The notes beneath the pieces are model-generated. The model was given only the letters and a program-made list of their open reading frames with translations. It ran no database searches and had not been told where the DNA came from. A stretch of 64,000 nucleotides of DNA from Octopus vulgaris (lineage: Eukaryota): contig OX597830.1 in the NCBI GenBank assembly GCA_951406725.2, positions 7,130,001 through 7,194,000 on the forward strand. Direction: 5' to 3'. Positions 58,411 through 64,000 of the stretch are shown here, piece after piece (the stretch's first letter is position 1; every line of letters begins with the position of its first letter). Both the position numbers and the translations under genes were made by a program.

Positions 58411-59764
58411 AATGGTGATGCTGATGATGATGATGGTGGTGGTGGTGGTGGTTGTGGTGGTTGTGGTGGTGGTGGTGGTGGTGGTGGTGGCGGTGGTGAC
58501 GACGACAACGATGACGACAAAAACAACAACAATAACCATTTAGGGAGACTTGTCGTTCAGCCCTCAGAAAACTATACCAGAGCTGTTTCCATTTAAGGGC
58601 GATGAGAGAAAGGGCATAGAAACTGACGGTGCATGGTAAAAGGCTTTGTTGCCATATGTGTGGTGCTGAAAATCACCTGAGAGCCTTTTTCTTATAAAAA
58701 CTGCAAAATTTAGAAAATTGGAGAATATCATCGCGTACTTGATCCTGCAAACTAGTGAAGTCCCTGATTGAAGCAACCAACGACGCCAGCTTATCGTCAT
58801 GTTCCAAGCTGGAAATAATGATGCAGGGGCACCAATAAAAGCAACCTATCATTGCAAATGTAAATGGTAAAAATTGAAGGAAGTCCTAAAAGCAAGGTGT
58901 GGCAACGACGAAATTCCGATAAGGTGTACTTTACCTTTCCTGGAGCCGATAAGCTAAGTAGCAGCTGAACACTGGGCCCGATGTAGTCGACTTAAACCAT
59001 TTCCGAAATTGTTGGCCGCGAACCAAGATTTTAAACCACGATTATTATTCGAATCTTTGGAGAGTCAGAAATATGATTTGCATATTTTTCGGGTCTTTAA
59101 ATTTTGAACTCAAATCCCACCGGAGTCATCGAAATTTCTGGCCTTCCATCTCCCTTGACTTCTGATCTCTGACTGAGCTCATACAATATTTTATTATTGA
59201 TGTTGTTTTGTTGAATCACAGATCAGCCTTGATCAAATAGATCAATGCATACAGATGTTCCATGCGTGGCCATCCTATTTTTATTTCAACATAATGTATA
59301 TAGGACATGATAGCATAATATCCATCCTTATCTTTTCTTCGTCTTTCTTAAAGACAGTGGTATTTGATTTGAAGAGATTTAGCTAAAATTTTTAGCAGTT
59401 TTGAGCGATTATGTAAAGACTGTGGGCTCTTTAGGAATATGTATTATTTGTAACGTGTTAATGTTAGCAGATGAAAAAGTGGCAGAGTTGTGGGATAGAA
59501 TACTTTCCGGTATGTTTCTTGGTTTTTCTGAGTTCAATTTCCACCGAGGTCATCACCATTTTTTTTCCTATCGCAGATTGATATAAAGGACGAATCCATA
59601 GCCGTGTATACACAAAGTGTTTGAGGGTCGGGTAAGACACCTTACGGTTTCTGTTCCCGCCCTTTCAGTTCCAGCAACAGAATGGGGCCTGGCTGCAGGG
59701 GTATTGGTCTTTCTTTTCTATAAATATTTTTCTTCAAATTTTGACACCGGGTCAGCAATTTCTA

Positions 59765-59915
59765 CCCCGGTGCTCAACTGGTACTTATTTTACCGATCCG
59801 AAAAGGATGAATGGCAAAGTCGATCTGAGCGGAATTTGAACTGAGAAAGTAAAACTGACGAAATAGCACCAAGCACTTCACCCACCGTTCTAACGATTCT
59901 GCAATCTCACCGCCT
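59765..59915 (-). mobile_element. SINE family B
   Basis: CTGGTACTTATTTTACCGATCCGAAAAGGATGAATGGCAAAGTCGA...GGAATTTGAACTGAGAA is the reverse complement of the core. Confidence 0.8.
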
Positions 59916-59928
59916 TTTCTTTTCCATT

Positions 59929-60470
59929 GCTGGCAGAAACGTTAGCACGCCGGCGAAATGCTTAGCGGTATTTCGTTTGCCACTACGTTCTGAGTTCAAA
60001 TTCCGCCGAGGTCGACTTTGCCTTTCATCATTTCGGGGTCGATAAATTAAATATCAGTTCCGCACTGGGGTCGATGTAATCGACTTAATCCGTTTTGTCT
60101 GTCCTTGTTAGTCCACTCCGTGTTTAGCCATTTGTGGGTAGTAAAGAAATAGGTATTTTGTCTGCCACTACGTTCTGAGTTCAAATTCCGCCGAGGTCGA
60201 CTTTGCCTTCCATCCTTTCGGGGTCGATAAATTAATTACCAGTTACGCACTGGGGTCGATGTAATCGACTTAATCCGTTTGTCTGTCCTTATTTGTCCCC
60301 TCTATGTTTAGCCCCTTGTGGGTAGTAAAGAAATAGGTATTTCGACTGTCTTCACCTTGTGAGTTCAAATTCCGCCGAAGTCGACTTTGCCTTTCATCCT
60401 TTCGGAGTCGATAACTTAAGTGCTTAATCGATTGCCCTACCCCGACAAAAATTTCGGGCCTTGTTCCTAG
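59929..60470 (+). mobile_element. SINE family B trimer, ~185-bp period
   Basis: A single head, then units restarting at GGTATTT at 59967, 60152 and 60336. Confidence 0.9.
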
Positions 60471-60669
60471 ACTAACAATAAATAAATGAATAAATAAACA
60501 AAATAAGAATTGGTGGCATGGAGACAGGATACTTGAATGCATGGAAAATTGGCAAGAACCATCAAAAACATTTTAACAAGGTTGCACATGCGCACACGTT
60601 GATGCGACATCACCCTTGACCACCAGCGGCTCTATGAGGTGTAGTTATAAAACTGTCGTTTGCAGACTG

Positions 60670-60789
60670 AACCACATGGTTCCGGGTTCAATCCCACCTC
60701 GTGGAACTTTGGCAAGTGCCTTCTACTATAGCCTCAGGCCGACCAAAACTTTGAGTGGATTTGGTAGACGGAAACTGAAAGAAGCCCGT

Positions 60790-60835
<46 letters not shown>

Positions 60836-61045
60836 TATATGTGTGTGTGTGTGTGTGAGTCTGTCCCTCCACCATCGCTTGAAACCGATGTTGTTGCGGT
60901 TACGCCCCCGTATTAGCGGCTCGGCAAAAAGATGCCGATAGAATAAATACTAGGCTTACAAAGAATAAATACTGGGGTGGATTTGGTCGACTAAAGGCGG
61001 TGCTCCAGTACTGCCGCAACCAAATGATCGAAACAAGTAAAAGAA
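60670..61045 (+). mobile_element. SINE family A
   Basis: ACCACATGGTTCCGGGTTCAATCCC head, core, internal (TA)n(TG)n, tail. Confidence 0.88.
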
Positions 61046-61065
61046 TACAAGAATAAAAGAATATG

Positions 61066-61122
<57 letters not shown>

Positions 61123-61133
61123 ATACACACACA

Positions 61134-61353
61134 CAGAGGGTGTTCAGAAAGTCTCTTTGCAGTAGGTATTTAATGGTTTTTGGGCGATTCTGCTCCCGAG
61201 AAAAAAAAAGTCTTACGGTATTACATCAGGTCATATTGGTGGCCAAAAATCCCTTCGAAATAATCCGTTCACCGAAAAGTTCATGAAGTAGCACCATGGT
61301 GATGTACAGGATGAAAAAACTTCACTGCGGAGAGACTTTTTGAACACCCCGTG
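61134..61353. mobile_element. Tc1/mariner-type MITE, 220 bp
   Basis: 30-bp TIRs CAGAGGGTGTTCAGAAAGTCTCTTTGCAGT / ACTGCGGAGAGACTTTTTGAACACCCCGTG (25/30). Confidence 0.8.
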
Positions 61354-62053
61354 TGCGTGTGCGTGTATATATATATATATATATATATATGAGAAGGTAT
61401 GGAGATGATGTACAGGTATTATATATTAGAAGAAATGAGGTACTCAGAAATCTGGATGGTTTTATATTTACAGATATTTATTAATATGTCACATGGTTTT
61501 ATAAATCATATATCAGCGCTTGCGTCCACTCTAGTGGAGTCATCAGATTGAACTTTTTCTGAGTACCTCATTTCTTCTAAAATATATATATAATATATAT
61601 CCCACTGTCATTATATGTTTTAGATTTCTTTTGTGCCTGGGTTCCATACGCATGTGGCACTGAATTCAGATAGAAAAATATTTCTTTTATTCTGAACATT
61701 CTGAAAAACATACCCGTGCTGGCTCTCGTGTAGCAAGGCCAACCGATAGAGTGTCTCAACCTGCTGACTCCATAACATTATATATTACGATAGCCAGAAC
61801 ATTGAGGAGACAGACAAACAGCGGGTGGGTATCGGGTAGGTTAGTCAGCTGGGTGGGTGCTAGCCTTGTTCATTATTCATGAACAAATGCTGTACACTCT
61901 CTCCGGTTAACCCGCAAAGCTATCCATTACACCAGTCAGTAGCCAGGTAGACGCGCCTTGTCACACATGCACACACACACATACATACATGTCATGCTTC
62001 TATACACATATACATACATATATATGTGTGTATGTGTGTATATATGTATGTAA

Positions 62054-62104
<51 letters not shown>

Positions 62105-62461
62105 ATTGTGTATGTGAATTCAGTACATATATAGTTTTTTCTGTACATATATATTACATACATTGCATATAAATATATATATGGGGAGAGGGACAGAGGC
62201 GGATAGACACTTTTCGAGGTGGGGTGTCAATCGGTACACCATTCCGGAACCTTTAAGATATAGCTGGACCTCTGAATAGCTGATGGGTCCTGAAAAAAAA
62301 TAAAAAAAGAACTCGTTTAATTTTCATGGGATTTCCCCCACTTTTCCATTTCTAAAACATTTTTGATTGACCTAGAAAAATTCATGTGCGTGTGTGTGTG
62401 TATATGTAAAGATAGATAGATATAGAGAGAGACAGACAGACAGATAGACAGACAGACAGAT

Positions 62462-62492
<31 letters not shown>

Positions 62493-62954
62493 TAGATAGA
62501 TACATAGATAGATAGATAGATAGATAGACAGATAGTTAATCGCATAGGCAGGCATTCTATTTCTCGGTGTATTGTCGCACCTTTACATGTTACCTCTGTA
62601 CGTTTGTGCCTACCTTCATACCTTTAATCTATCTACCTAACTACCTACCTCTACCTACCTTATAACTACCTACTTACCTGACTAAATATATTTTCATCCA
62701 TCTCTACCTAACGATCTACCTACATTCATATCTACAATCTACCTGTCAACTTACCTGTATATCTATCTATCTATCCATCTATTATCCATCCATCTATCCA
62801 TCAATCTACCTATCTATCTTACTACCTACCTCCTATTTACAATTCTCTCCCCCTTAAATTCTACCTCTACATACCTTTATATACTATATATTAACAACCA
62901 CTTCTTAGGTACCTTCCTATCATCTAAGTATGTTTCAAATTATACATCCCAACT

Positions 62955-63120
62955 TAGCGTATTTGAACGTGCATAAGGAACCCCCTTAATTTGGGGGCTT
63001 AAAATTTGGAAGAAAGATTTTGTAAGGTATTATAATATTATCCATGCTCAAGAAACTCCCATATTTTTTAACTCAAGTTTTGAAAAGAAAATGGTTCCTT
63101 ATACACGTTAAAATACGGTA
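62955..63120. mobile_element. Tc1/mariner (pogo/Tc2-like) MITE with TA termini
   Basis: TAGCGTATTTGAACGTGCATAAGGAACC / GGTTCCTTATACACGTTAAAATACGGTA inverted repeat (25/28). Confidence 0.8.
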
Positions 63121-63720
63121 ATACCCAACTATATCACTAGCCATACTCACCCTATTTCTACATAGATAACTTTCTACCAAATGACAAGCAGCGACCAGGC
63201 TCCTTCACATGCTAGAAATAGGTGTGAAATTTCTCTAAATTGACACACTGCCAGATTAACTGTTAAGCATTCAGATATCTATTTATTATTGTTTTTTTAT
63301 CTTTTAATTGTTTCAGTCATCAGACAACGGTCAAGCTGGAGTATCGCCTTGAAGAATTTTCAGTCGAATGAATTGACCCCTGGACTTATATTTTAAAACC
63401 TGGTACTGATTTCATCGGTGTATTTCTTGTTGCTAATCTACTCCTGTCAAGTAAAGACAATGTTATTTTAGAACAGTTACGGACAAAACTTGAATAGAAA
63501 TAGTTCAGGTTAAACGGGGAAATGACTGGGTATAACGATGTTTGTGTGTATTATGGGATTAATGTACAGGATGGTCACAATTGGAAAGATTTTTACGTCT
63601 CCATCAACAGAAGTGAACTGGAGCTAACCATGAAATTTATCCATGTAGTTAAGCTATATCAATTCATATATGTATATACACATATACACATATATTTATA
63701 TAGAGTGGGACGGGATAGAT

Positions 63721-63945
63721 CTGTGGCTTTCTCGATCGGGGTCAACATGACTGTTGGAGGTGCATGGAAGATTTTATTAAGATTTATGTGCAACAAATCG
63801 GTTTTTCTACAATACACAAAATATTTAGCAAGTTTATTTTATGCAATCCTTAATTATATATAATTATAAAAATACAAAAGGATTTTATTTAACCCGAATA
63901 AATTAGGAATGAAAAACTAGGCAAAAAAATAGTTGAGAACCACTG
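63721..63945. mobile_element. hAT (Charlie-like) MITE
   Basis: Right TIR GTTGAGAACCACTG, degenerate left TIR CTGTGGCTTTCTC, flanks GGATAGAT / GTACAGAT (6/8). Confidence 0.65.
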
Positions 63946-64000
63946 GTACAGATAGACTGACTGACAGACAGACAGACAGATAAATAGATGGATGGATGGA

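Noticed and set aside
59967-60470. CRISPR-like or satellite array
   Set aside because: Units are SINE bodies with no unique spacers; eukaryotic context and no cas genes.

Overview
Eukaryotic, AT-rich, microsatellite-saturated DNA. Its repeat content (tRNA-derived SINEs with internal (TA)n(TG)n, very dense TA/CA/TAGA/TAA arrays) is typical of an octopus (coleoid cephalopod) genome; this is inferred, not proven. Almost every ORF in the track is a microsatellite translation artefact. The one real host gene is the first coding exon of a Distal-less (Dll/Dlx) homeobox gene on the minus strand (47169-46872; GKSAFMELQQ motif, phase-1 GTAAGA donor). It has a candidate Inr/Sp/CCAAT/TALE promoter near 48350-48445. 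I found no homeobox exon, so positions 1-46871 appear to be part of a first intron longer than 46 kb. The rest consists of three SINE families, decayed LINE RT fragments, three R4/Dong-like RLE-LINE fragments in (TAA)n arrays, several MITEs, and short (TA)n-embedded elements with inverted repeats and decayed minimal hammerhead-ribozyme motifs (Penelope-like). The most unusual pattern is a SINE whose young copies, carrying an apparently LINE-derived tail, sit at the same GGTATTT position inside older copies of the same family and build ~185-bp tandem units. Repeat boundaries are approximate (read by eye).
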